Assembly: GCA_963815215.1 (NCBI GenBank)
Contig: CAWFFU010000009.1
Coordinates: 32,001 to 96,000, forward strand
Reading direction: 5' to 3'
DNA length: 64,000 nt
From: an uncultured Trueperaceae bacterium
Lineage (GTDB): Bacteria; Deinococcota; Deinococci; Deinococcales; Trueperaceae
The first letter of the stretch is position 1, and each line of letters starts with the position of its first letter. Under the pieces are notes generated by a model that was not told the DNA's origin, made no database searches, and saw nothing but the letters and a program-made list of their open reading frames with translations. Position numbers and translations under genes: made by a program. Positions 22,658 to 31,137 of this stretch are shown piece by piece.

Positions 22658-23685
22658 CAGGGGGTCGAGTTACCCGAGTTGCCCGCGCCGCTGCCGGCGG
22701 CCGGCGTCATGGCGAACGCCGCCTTGTCGAACGCGCTCGGCGCCGAGGCGTCGATCGCCTCGAAGTAGTCGTACTTGACGTCCTGCTTGATGCGGTCGGC
22801 ACGCAACGAAGAGCCGTTCTTGCTGTCCACGGCGGTAGCCGGCTGGCCGGGCGTGCCGAGCACCTCCGCGATCGCCTGGCTGTCGTCGAAGAACACGGTG
22901 GCGCCCTTGCTGGTGATGGTGCCGTCCACCACGGTCACGTTGCCGGTGGCGTAGAGCTTCTTCTGATCGGTGAGGACCCGGATCTCGTCGGCGGTGATGA
23001 TGAGCTTCTTGCCGTCGGCGTCGGTGCGGGTGATGGTGGCCTGGCCGCCCTTCTGGGTGAGCTCGCCGAGGTTGCGCTTCTCCTCGAACACCAGCGTGCC
23101 CGCCTCGGCCGCCTGGTTGCCGTTGACGAGCGAGACATGCCCGCTGCTGGTCGAGCGGTCGGTGTCGACGTCGAACTCGACCCGATCGGCCGTGATGTGG
23201 ACGGCATCGCCGCCGGTCTTCTCTGGCGCCACGGTGATGTCGGCACCGCCTGTCAGCGTGCCGAGGCCGCTCGCCTCGCTGTAGGTGAGCTCCGGGCCGC
23301 TGGCGGTGAGGCGTCCGCGCTCCACCTTCACGCCGCCATCGAAGGTGGCGGTGCGCTGGCCGCCCTTGAAGATCGAGACCCCGTCCGGCGCCTTCAGAAC
23401 GGCATGGTGCCCGTAGATGGTGAGCGTCGAGACGGTGGCCTTCATGCCGAACGGGTCGGGGTGCTGGTACACGATCGGCCCGAAGCGGAGGTTGCCGGAC
23501 TGGGTACCGCCGCTGTCGTTGATGGTGATGACGCGCTTCTGGTTCGTCTGGGTGGGCGCGTTGGGGCTGGCGGGCGCACCCGCGGAGCCGCCGCCGCCCG
23601 CGGGCGGCGGGCTCTGGTCCTGCGCCACGCCGATCGCGGTGCTCGCGACCAGCAACAGCAAGAGGAGGAAGCGTGGCGATCTCAA
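22657..23685 (-). CDS. Long LptA/OstA-like periplasmic protein
   Basis: Signal peptide LLLLLLVASTAIGVA-Q; repeated ATFDGGVKVERG / ITADRVEFD / YATGNVTV units; TTG start overlaps the upstream stop. Confidence 0.75.
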   Translation of the reverse strand: MRSPRFLLLLLLVASTAIGVAQDQSPPPAGGGGSAGAPASPNAPTQTNQKRVITINDSGGTQSGNLRFGPIVYQHPDPFGMKATVSTLTIYGHHAVLKAPDGVSIFKGGQRTATFDGGVKVERGRLTASGPELTYSEASGLGTLTGGADITVAPEKTGGDAVHITADRVEFDVDTDRSTSSGHVSLVNGNQAAEAGTLVFEEKRNLGELTQKGGQATITRTDADGKKLIITADEIRVLTDQKKLYATGNVTVVDGTITSKGATVFFDDSQAIAEVLGTPGQPATAVDSKNGSSLRADRIKQDVKYDYFEAIDASAPSAFDKAAFAMTPAAGSGAGNSGNSTP

Positions 23686-24251
23686 GGGGACTCCTTCCCG
23701 GGCGACGACACGACGAACTCGCCGTAACCGACCGTGCCGGGACCTCCGGCCTGGAACGTAGTGAAGTCGAAGCCGATGCGCATGTCCTCGAACACGATGG
23801 TGTTCTTGTCGGGGTCGGTGACGGTCACGCGCGGGACCTCGAAGGTGCCGCTGCGCTGGTTGATGAGCACCTGACGGCCCTTGGCGCCGACCATGTCGAG
23901 GTTGACGTCCTCGCTCACGAGGTGAGCCTGGATGTGCTCGCCGTGCAGGTTGTCGTTGCTGTCGATGACGATGCGATCCGACGCCAGCGTGAAGTCGGTC
24001 TTGCCGTCCACCATGCGCCGACCGTCCTGGATGTTGCGCAGGGTCGTGTCCTGCTTGTTCGGGTCGTAGCGGACATCGGGTGAGCGGAACGACCACACCG
24101 CAGTCGGGTCGGCCTGTGGGTAGAGGGCGACCGTGGCGTCGTGAAGATCGATCGTGACGTTGGGGACCGGCCGCTGGCGTTGTGGCAGCAGGGCCACCAC
24201 CACTAGCGTGGCGATCACCGCCACCAACGCGAGAAGAGCCACTCTGGGCAC
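23682..24251 (-). CDS. LptC-like membrane-anchored protein
   Basis: Single N-terminal TM helix then a beta-rich domain; first gene of the lptA-like cluster. Confidence 0.6.
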   Translation of the reverse strand: MPRVALLALVAVIATLVVVALLPQRQRPVPNVTIDLHDATVALYPQADPTAVWSFRSPDVRYDPNKQDTTLRNIQDGRRMVDGKTDFTLASDRIVIDSNDNLHGEHIQAHLVSEDVNLDMVGAKGRQVLINQRSGTFEVPRVTVTDPDKNTIVFEDMRIGFDFTTFQAGGPGTVGYGEFVVSSPGKESP

Positions 24252-24395
24252 ACCCGAATCTACCAGCGCAGGGTGCTGAGAAGGGTGACGTCGTGCGCTG
24301 GAGTCTTCATGCGGCCCGCGGCGGGCCGGCGCGGCCGCCCGCGCAGGCCGGCCACGCTCCGGTCCGGAGCGCGCCCGGCAACGGGGATGCGCCGC

Positions 24396-24872
24396 CTACT
24401 CGTAGTGGACCGAGACCACCTTGTAGTTGATCTTGTTCGCGCCCAACGGAAGCTCGACCCGATCGCCCGCCCGCTTGCCGAGCAGGTTCTGCCCGAGCGG
24501 GGACTCGTCGGAGATCTTGTTGTCGAGGACGTCCGCTTCGTGCGTGCCGACCAGATGGAAGACGATGCGATCGCCGGTGGTGTCCTCGAGCTCGAGGCTG
24601 GCACCCAGGCGGGCGGCGGCGTTCTCGCCCTCTTCGGCTTCCACGACGACGGCTCGGTGCACGATCTCCTCCAGATCCGCGATGCGGGCTTCGTTCGCGC
24701 TCTGCAGTAGACGCGCTTCGTCGTACGCGGCGCTCTCCCGGAGGTCACCGTCGGCGATGGCTGCTCCCATGTAGTTCGAGAGCTCCTCGCGCTTCTCCTC
24801 CTTCAGATAGCGCAACTCCTCTTTGATCTTCTCCAAGCCCTTGGGTGTCAGGTAGATGGCTTCCTTGGCCAC
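24396..24872 (-). CDS. greA: Transcription elongation factor GreA
   Basis: LTPKGLEKIKEEL, DGDLRESAAYDEA, ISDESPLG..LLGK; TATAAT on minus strand at 24965-24970. Confidence 0.93.
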   Translation of the reverse strand: MAKEAIYLTPKGLEKIKEELRYLKEEKREELSNYMGAAIADGDLRESAAYDEARLLQSANEARIADLEEIVHRAVVVEAEEGENAAARLGASLELEDTTGDRIVFHLVGTHEADVLDNKISDESPLGQNLLGKRAGDRVELPLGANKINYKVVSVHYE

Positions 24873-25062
24873 GGCTTCACTCACCTCACAGCTCTCGTGC
24901 GTTCGAGCCGAGATCCACACGGCATCGGCCCGAGCGGCCCGGCAAGAACCGGGTCCGGGTCTGGATTATACGTCCGGTCGCCTGGGTCCCGGACGGCTCC
25001 GATACGCGCCCTCCCGGCGACGTCCACGAGCGCCGCGCTGGACGGGTCGGGTAGGCTCGAGC

Positions 25063-26241
25063 ATGAACGCAGCGAAGCGGACTCCGACGAGCGGCGTGAC
25101 GAGCGGCGCGCCGCGCAGCCTGGCATGGCTCGAGCGCCTGGTCCGCACCGACTCGGTCAACCCCGCGTTGGTGCAGGGCGCCGCAGGGGAGGGCGCCATG
25201 GCCGACCTGGTGGCGGCGTGGGGCGAGCAGCGGGGGCTGGAGGTCACGCGGCTCGAGCCGCAAGCCGGCCGCCCCAGCGTGGTGCTCGTCGCGCGCGGCA
25301 GCGGCGGCGGCGCGAGCCTCATGCTCGACGCCCACCTCGACACGGTGGGCGTCGAGGGGATGGACGCGCCCTTCGAGCCGCGCCTCGAAGGCGGCCGGCT
25401 CTACGGCCGCGGCGCGCTCGATATGAAGGCGGGGCTGGCCGCCGCCATGAGCGCGCTCGAGGCCGCGGCCGCCGCCGACCTGCGGGGCGACGTGCTGTTG
25501 GCCGCCGTCGCCGACGAGGAGCACGCTTCGATCGGGACCGAGGCGGTCCTGGAGCGTTTCGGCGCCGACGCCGCCATCGTCACCGAGCCCAGCAACCTGG
25601 AGCTGCAGCTGGCGCACCGCGGCTTCGCGGTGTTCGAGCTGGAGACGTTCGGGGTGGCGTCGCACACCTCGCAGCCCGAGCGCGGGGTGAACGCGGTGAC
25701 GCACATGGGACGCGTTCTCGCCGGGATCGAACGCCTCCAGGCCGCGCTGACGGAGCGGGCCCCTCATCCGTTGACCGGTCACGGGGTCGCCCAGGTGGTG
25801 CGCATCGAAGGGGGCGAGCAGCTGTTCGTGACGCCGGCCGGGTGCCGCGCCAGCTACGAGCGGCGCACCCTGCCCGGCGAGTCGCGCGCACAGGTCGAAG
25901 CGGAAGTGCAGGCGGTGCTGCAGGGCGCGGCACAGGGCGCGCCCGGTTTCCGAGGCCATGCCGAGCTGACGCTGCTGCGCGAGCCGTTCGAAGTCGACAG
26001 CGACGCGCTCGTCGTGCGGCTGGCCGAGGCGCACGCCCGCCGCGTGCTGGGGCGCGAGGCCGTCGTGGCGGGCGCCCCCTACTGGACCGATGCCGCCCTG
26101 CTGCAGGCCGCCGGCATCCCCACCCTGGTGCTGGGGCCGTCCGGCGAGGGCATGCACGCCGCCGACGAGCACGTGGAGCTGTCCAGCGTGGCTGCGCTGG
26201 AGGCGATCCTGGACGGCGTGATCGCGGAATTCTGCGCGTGA
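25063..26241 (+). CDS. M20 metallopeptidase / ArgE-DapE family deacylase
   Basis: AHLDTV, LYGRGALDMKAG, ADEE, VTEP, HAADEHV. Confidence 0.9.
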   Translation: MNAAKRTPTSGVTSGAPRSLAWLERLVRTDSVNPALVQGAAGEGAMADLVAAWGEQRGLEVTRLEPQAGRPSVVLVARGSGGGASLMLDAHLDTVGVEGMDAPFEPRLEGGRLYGRGALDMKAGLAAAMSALEAAAAADLRGDVLLAAVADEEHASIGTEAVLERFGADAAIVTEPSNLELQLAHRGFAVFELETFGVASHTSQPERGVNAVTHMGRVLAGIERLQAALTERAPHPLTGHGVAQVVRIEGGEQLFVTPAGCRASYERRTLPGESRAQVEAEVQAVLQGAAQGAPGFRGHAELTLLREPFEVDSDALVVRLAEAHARRVLGREAVVAGAPYWTDAALLQAAGIPTLVLGPSGEGMHAADEHVELSSVAALEAILDGVIAEFCA

Positions 26242-26261
26242 GGCGTTCTGCGCGTGAGGCG
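26230..26261 (+). repeat. Perfect 16-bp tandem duplication that includes the M20 stop codon
   Basis: ttctgcgcgtgaggcg x2. Confidence 0.8.
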
Positions 26262-26278
26262 CGCGTAGCCGTCAGCGC

Positions 26279-28852
26279 CTACGGTTCGGGCGCGCCGTCG
26301 GTCCCGCCCGCCGGCACCACCGCGCTCGCCTCCCGCCACCGTCCGTCCCCGTCCTGCCGGAACGGGATCCACAGCAGCCCGACGTAACGGGTGGTGATGT
26401 CACTGCTCCTGGGCAGCACCCGCACAGGCTCGAGCTCCAGCGCGTCGGCGTCCTTCAGCTCCAGCGCGTCGAGCGCGGTCTTGAGCTCGTCCTCGAGGTC
26501 GCGGAGCTGCGCCTGCACCTGTTCGACGACCTGCCGGGCGCGCTGAGCGTCGGCGCTCTCCTTGGGCACCCGGTTGATGCTGCGCAGCGCGGTGCTGACA
26601 CCCGTCGCCGAGGCGCCGCGGCGCCCCAGGAAGGAGCCGAGCAACGCCGTCCCGACGCTGATGGCGGCGTCGACCTTGCGCTGGCCGGCCTGCTGCGTTT
26701 CGCGCTGCGCCGCCCGCTCGGCGCGGCTCAGGCGCCCGCGGAGCGTGTCCATCTTCGCCTCGAAGCGCTGCCGGAGCTTCTCGCGCTCGGCGTCCCGGAC
26801 CTCGCGTGCCGCCTGCCGGCAGCGCACGCGGAAGTCGCGTTCACTCTCCCCGACGGTGCCGGTGAGCTTGGGCGCGCTGCAGCGCCACAGCGTCAACGCC
26901 GCCTCGCCGCGCAGGTGCCGTTCGAACAGCTTCGTCCAGGCGGCGACGGAGGCCCCGGTCAGCGGCACCTCGGGCAGCGGGCGGTAGCCCACGCCCGCCT
27001 GGGGGTCACGACTCAGCGCGTTGAGATCGAGGGGCCCGGAGCGGCCCTCGACCCATTCGATGGGGGCCGGCCCGTCGACCGGTTCCACCACCCGGCCCAC
27101 ACGCCGCCGCGCGTCGACGTCCAGCGTGGCGCGCACGTACGCCACGTCGGCGATGCCGGCCACGTGGAGCACGTACGCCGCGCTGTCGGCGGGACCGCCG
27201 GCGGGACCGTCGAGGGGAGCGAAGAGTTGCGGGACGTCGGGCGGGAGCACAGGCGGCGCTACGGCGGAAGGCGTCGTCGCGGCCGCGCCCGGCGGCGCGG
27301 GGACGGCCGCGGCGGCTGCACCGTCCGCGTCGGCCGCATCGTTCACGCCGGCTGTGGCGGCGGTGGCGCCCGTGGAGCGCGCCGTCGTGGGCGCCGGCGC
27401 ACCCGCAGTGGACCTGGACCCGGACCCGGACCCGCCGGCCGCCACCGGGTCCGGCTGCGCCTCGGGCAGCCGCCGCAGCTGCTCGCGCGACAACGGCCCG
27501 GCCAGGTAGGACATCGCCCAACGCGTCTGGAACAGCACCGGTTGGCGGTCGTGGACGTTGTGCAGCAGGAAGGTTCGCTTGGGCAGACCACTGATCAACG
27601 CCTCGAGGGCGGCGGGGTCCGGCGCGTCGGAAGCGGCGCCGCGCAGCCCCTCCATCACCCGCGCCTTGTCGCGCTCGGTCTGCAACCGGCCGATGAACCA
27701 GCTGCCGGCGTTGGCCAACCCCTTGTAGTCCAGATCGACCGGATTCTGGGTCGCCAGCGCCAGCCCCACCCCGAAGGCGCGCGCCTGCTTGAGCAGGGTC
27801 AGCAGCGGCTTCTTGGTTGGGGGTTGCGCTACCGGCGGCATCAGCCCCATCAGCTCGTCGACGTACAGCAGCGCCCGCAGGCTGGTCGTTCCGCGCTGAG
27901 CGCGCGTCCAGGCCACCACCTCGTTGAACAGCAGCGCCAGGAAGAAGGTGCGCTCCGCTTCGGACAGGTGGCCGACGGTCAGCACCGCCACGCGCGGCCG
28001 GCCGGCCGGATCGTAGAGCAGGCTCTGCACGTCCAGCGCATCGCCCTGCGTCCAGATCTCGAAGCCGGGGGCGGCGAGCAGGTTGTTGAGCCGGAGCGCC
28101 AGCCCCATGCGCTCCCTGGCGGGGTAGACGGTGTCCAGCTCCATCACGCCGATGGTGCGCACCGGCGGCCGCTGCACGTCGCGGATCAGGTCGGCGATGG
28201 TGAGATCGGTGCCGGCGCGCCAGGCGTGGTCGAGCAGGGTGGACAGCAGGATGTGGTCGCGGCTGGTCAGCGGATCGGCATCGATGTCCAGCAAGGTGAG
28301 CAGCGCGGTGACGGTGGTCTCGAGGCGCTCGCCGAGCAGGTCGGGGTCCGCCAGGACCTCGGCGCTCGGCGCGGCGAAGGAGCGCAGCACCGACAGCGGC
28401 CGGCCGGCGCTCGAGCCCGGCGTGTACACCCGTAGCTCGGCGGCCGCCTTCAGCCGCGCGATGCGGTCCGGCTGCATGCCCCAGGCGGCCAGCCCGTCGC
28501 GCCAGGTCTGTGCCTGAGCGGCGGCGTAGGCGGCCGCGGTGAGGCCCCGGCGATCGGCTTCACCGGCGTCCACCCAGGGCTCGAAGTCCTCCGGCCGCAG
28601 CTCGGGGAAGGCCAGCGCCAGGTTGGTCAGGTCCCCTTTGGGGTCGATCGCCAGCACCGGCACTCCGTCCAGGGCGGCCTCCTCGATGAGGTCGATGCCC
28701 AGGCCGGTCTTGCCGCTGCCGGTCATGCCCACGATGACGGCGTGTGTGGTGAGGTCGTTGGCGTCGTAGAGGAGATCTTGGTCGGTGAGGCGGTGGCCTT
28801 CCGGCTCCACCTCGCGCCCCAGGTAGAAGGCGCCGAGCTTCTCGAAATCCAC
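26279..28852 (-). CDS. HerA/FtsK-like (DUF87) P-loop ATPase with coiled-coil C-terminus
   Basis: THAVIVGMTGSGKT, IDPKGD, LLYVDE, LKQARAFGVG..LATQNP.DLDYK. Confidence 0.88.
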   Translation of the reverse strand: MDFEKLGAFYLGREVEPEGHRLTDQDLLYDANDLTTHAVIVGMTGSGKTGLGIDLIEEAALDGVPVLAIDPKGDLTNLALAFPELRPEDFEPWVDAGEADRRGLTAAAYAAAQAQTWRDGLAAWGMQPDRIARLKAAAELRVYTPGSSAGRPLSVLRSFAAPSAEVLADPDLLGERLETTVTALLTLLDIDADPLTSRDHILLSTLLDHAWRAGTDLTIADLIRDVQRPPVRTIGVMELDTVYPARERMGLALRLNNLLAAPGFEIWTQGDALDVQSLLYDPAGRPRVAVLTVGHLSEAERTFFLALLFNEVVAWTRAQRGTTSLRALLYVDELMGLMPPVAQPPTKKPLLTLLKQARAFGVGLALATQNPVDLDYKGLANAGSWFIGRLQTERDKARVMEGLRGAASDAPDPAALEALISGLPKRTFLLHNVHDRQPVLFQTRWAMSYLAGPLSREQLRRLPEAQPDPVAAGGSGSGSRSTAGAPAPTTARSTGATAATAGVNDAADADGAAAAAVPAPPGAAATTPSAVAPPVLPPDVPQLFAPLDGPAGGPADSAAYVLHVAGIADVAYVRATLDVDARRRVGRVVEPVDGPAPIEWVEGRSGPLDLNALSRDPQAGVGYRPLPEVPLTGASVAAWTKLFERHLRGEAALTLWRCSAPKLTGTVGESERDFRVRCRQAAREVRDAEREKLRQRFEAKMDTLRGRLSRAERAAQRETQQAGQRKVDAAISVGTALLGSFLGRRGASATGVSTALRSINRVPKESADAQRARQVVEQVQAQLRDLEDELKTALDALELKDADALELEPVRVLPRSSDITTRYVGLLWIPFRQDGDGRWREASAVVPAGGTDGAPEP

Positions 28853-28982
28853 GTTTTCCCCTCCCCATCGCGTTTCTAGGTGCTGGGAGTATAGCCCGGC
28901 GGCGCGCCGAGCGCCGCCGCCGGTGCCCGCCGAGCGAGGCCGTGGCGCCGGGCGACTCGGGCGCGCGGCGGCCGCGAGCGCC

Positions 28983-29633
28983 TCAACCCACGTGCCGGCG
29001 CAGCCAGCCGACCAGCGGCTCGCCGTCGGCGAACACCGCCAGGATGCGGTCTCCGGCCTCGGGCGTGAACACCCACGGCTCGAGCCGCCAGTTGCGCACC
29101 GCTGCCAGCCCCTTGCGGCGCAGCAGGTCGATGCGCGGGTGGTCGGGTTCGAAGCCGCGGGGGGCGCGCTTCAGCTCCTCGCCGTGGAGGGGATATCCCT
29201 TGGCGCTCAGCTCCGCGACGATGCGCTCGAGCTGGCGGCCGCTCGGGTCCGCCGCCACCGCCTGGCGGAAGGCCGCCAGCGCCTCGCCCTCCATGCGGTA
29301 GGCGCCGACCGCGACGAACATGCCTTCGGCGTCGAGGTGCACGTGGCGGCCACCGACCGCGCGCGGGCCGCGCCCCCCGAACGACACCGCCGCGTTCAGC
29401 TTGTACGGCCGCTTGTCCTTGCTGAAGCGCACGTCGCGGTGCGGCCGGTAGAGGTGGCCGTCGCCGAACAGCCCGGAGAGGGAGCGCTCGAGCTCCTGCA
29501 TCGGCGCGCGCACGTGCTCCTCGTAGCTCGCGCGGTGCGCGTCGAAGAAAGCCTTGCTGTTGTCCGCGGCGAGCTCGCGGAAGAAGGTCACGGCCTCGGG
29601 GTGGAATCCCTGGAACGGAGGCGGTTCGGCCAT
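28983..29633 (-). CDS. DUF2461 family protein
   Basis: FFRELAADNSKAFF..YRPHRDVRFSKDKRPYK..LKRAPRGF..DHP..DLLRRK. Confidence 0.9.
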   Translation of the reverse strand: MAEPPPFQGFHPEAVTFFRELAADNSKAFFDAHRASYEEHVRAPMQELERSLSGLFGDGHLYRPHRDVRFSKDKRPYKLNAAVSFGGRGPRAVGGRHVHLDAEGMFVAVGAYRMEGEALAAFRQAVAADPSGRQLERIVAELSAKGYPLHGEELKRAPRGFEPDHPRIDLLRRKGLAAVRNWRLEPWVFTPEAGDRILAVFADGEPLVGWLRRHVG

Positions 29634-29701
29634 GGCTCCAGCCTAGCCGAGAGCCGCGGGGCACACCACGTCGCCTGTGGCGCGGTGCGTGCAGCGGGGC
29701 A

Positions 29702-30292
29702 TCAAGGCTCGAGGCGCACGCGCAGCGCGCCCAGCAGCCCCAGCGCATCCGGCAGGGCTACACGCATGCCGGCGAGGCGGTTGTCGCAGGGGTCGACGCG
29801 GTAGTTACGGGCGCCCCGCAGGTCGGCGTCGCGTAGATCGATGCGGTGGAACACGGCGGCGTCGAAGTCCGTGCCGGTGAGGTCCACGCCACGCAGGTCG
29901 CACGCCTGGAACTCCGCCTCGCGTGCGGTGCAGTCGCGCAGGACGCAGCTCCGCAGGTCGAGATCGCGGAAGCTCGCGAGTGTCAGGTCGCAGCCTTCCA
30001 GGCTGAGCGAGATCCCCACGGCGTCACGCCGCACGTTGCCGAAGCGCACGCCCGTCAGCCGGCAGTCGCGGAAGGTCGTCCAATGGAGCAGCGCATCGGA
30101 GAGGTCGACCATGGCGAGCTCGCACCCCTCGAAGGTGCAGTCGGTGAGGTGAGCACCCCGCAGCGAGGCCTCGGAGAGGTCGCAGCCGTGGAAAGCGCAG
30201 TCGCTCACGAGGGCGCCCGCAAGGTCGGGCAGATCGCCGTCGCGGCCGGTGAAGGTGGCGCCTTCGATGCGGATCGGCTCCTGCCGGGACAT
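29702..30292 (-). CDS. Pentapeptide repeat protein (Qnr/MfpA-like fold)
   Basis: Continuous CDLSE/ASLRG/CTFEG/ADLRG pentapeptides. Confidence 0.9.
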   Translation of the reverse strand: MSRQEPIRIEGATFTGRDGDLPDLAGALVSDCAFHGCDLSEASLRGAHLTDCTFEGCELAMVDLSDALLHWTTFRDCRLTGVRFGNVRRDAVGISLSLEGCDLTLASFRDLDLRSCVLRDCTAREAEFQACDLRGVDLTGTDFDAAVFHRIDLRDADLRGARNYRVDPCDNRLAGMRVALPDALGLLGALRVRLEP

Positions 30293-30482
30293 GGGCCCCA
30301 GTGTAGGCGAAGGCGACCGATCGAGCCCGGCGGTGCGTCGCCCGTCGCGTTCAGAACAGCGTCACACCGACCGCGAGGTGCGTGGAGTGGAGGGTGGCGG
30401 CGATGCTGGTGGCGCCCTGCTCGATCGCGGCACGCGAGGCGTTCCGACGCCGCACGGGCTGCTGCTAGAATCGAAGCCGCAC

Positions 30483-30559
30483 GGGCCCTTAGCTCAGTCG
30501 GTCAGAGCAGTCGACTCATAATCGATCGGTCGCTGGTTCAAGTCCAGCAGGGCCCACCA
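30483..30559 (+). tRNA. tRNA-Ile2 (anticodon CAT, lysidine type)
   Basis: 77-nt cloverleaf GGGCCCT..AGGGCCC-A-CCA; anticodon loop CT-CAT-AA; closely resembles E. coli ileX as recalled; TGcTAGAAT promoter at 30463-30471. Confidence 0.9.
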
Positions 30560-30673
30560 CGGTTTCCTCGTCGGTGACGGCACTTCTGCGACTGCGTTTG
30601 ACGTCTGTTGGTGGACGTTCGTGGCATCTGTGTGCCGATTGCTTGAACGTCAACTGGTTCCTGAGCCTCGAGT

Positions 30674-30721
30674 GACCTCCTCGCCTGTGTTCCGTGCTGG
30701 CTCAACGCCCGGGGTCCTGTC
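30674..30721 (+). repeat. 48-bp direct repeat, copy 1
   Basis: gacctcctcgcctgtgttccgtgctggctcaacgcccggggtcctgtc; 45/48 identical to 34062-34109. Confidence 0.9.
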
Positions 30722-31137
30722 CGGTGCGCCGCGTGAGCGGCCCCGCCTCGCGCGGCTGCCGCCGTCTTGTGGGGTCCGCCGGGCCACATCCATGGTCGGC
30801 GGGTCGGCAAGCAGTGGCTCTGCTACGCCAGGGGTAGGGTCGACTTCGAACGGAGTGTGACTTGGCTGCCAGGCCTCGGGCCCAATAGCGCTTCCTGTCG
30901 TATCGGTCGTGGGGTTTGCCAGTGGGGGTGCGGGTGCTGGGGGTCTGGCGTGATTGTGAACATTCCGTAGGCGTTGGGTGGGCGGAGTATGTTGCCGTAT
31001 GGAAGGACTGTCAATGTATCGGGTTCTGCACGTCGTCGTCCGAAGTGTCGTGGCTGGGTGCGTGCGGGCAACCGGGGGAAGCAGCGAGACCATAACGCTT
31101 GTCGAGATCCATCGGGCATGACCGTTTGGAGGCCGTT

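Noticed and set aside
30483..30559. tRNA-Met or tRNA-fMet assignment
   Set aside because: Paired G1-C72, no GGG/CCC anticodon stem and an ileX-like body favour Ile2
31060..31095. c-di-AMP riboswitch-like word gggcaaccgggggaa
   Set aside because: The other conserved segments (GCTGAATCC, CCCGTCAGCTAAC) are absent
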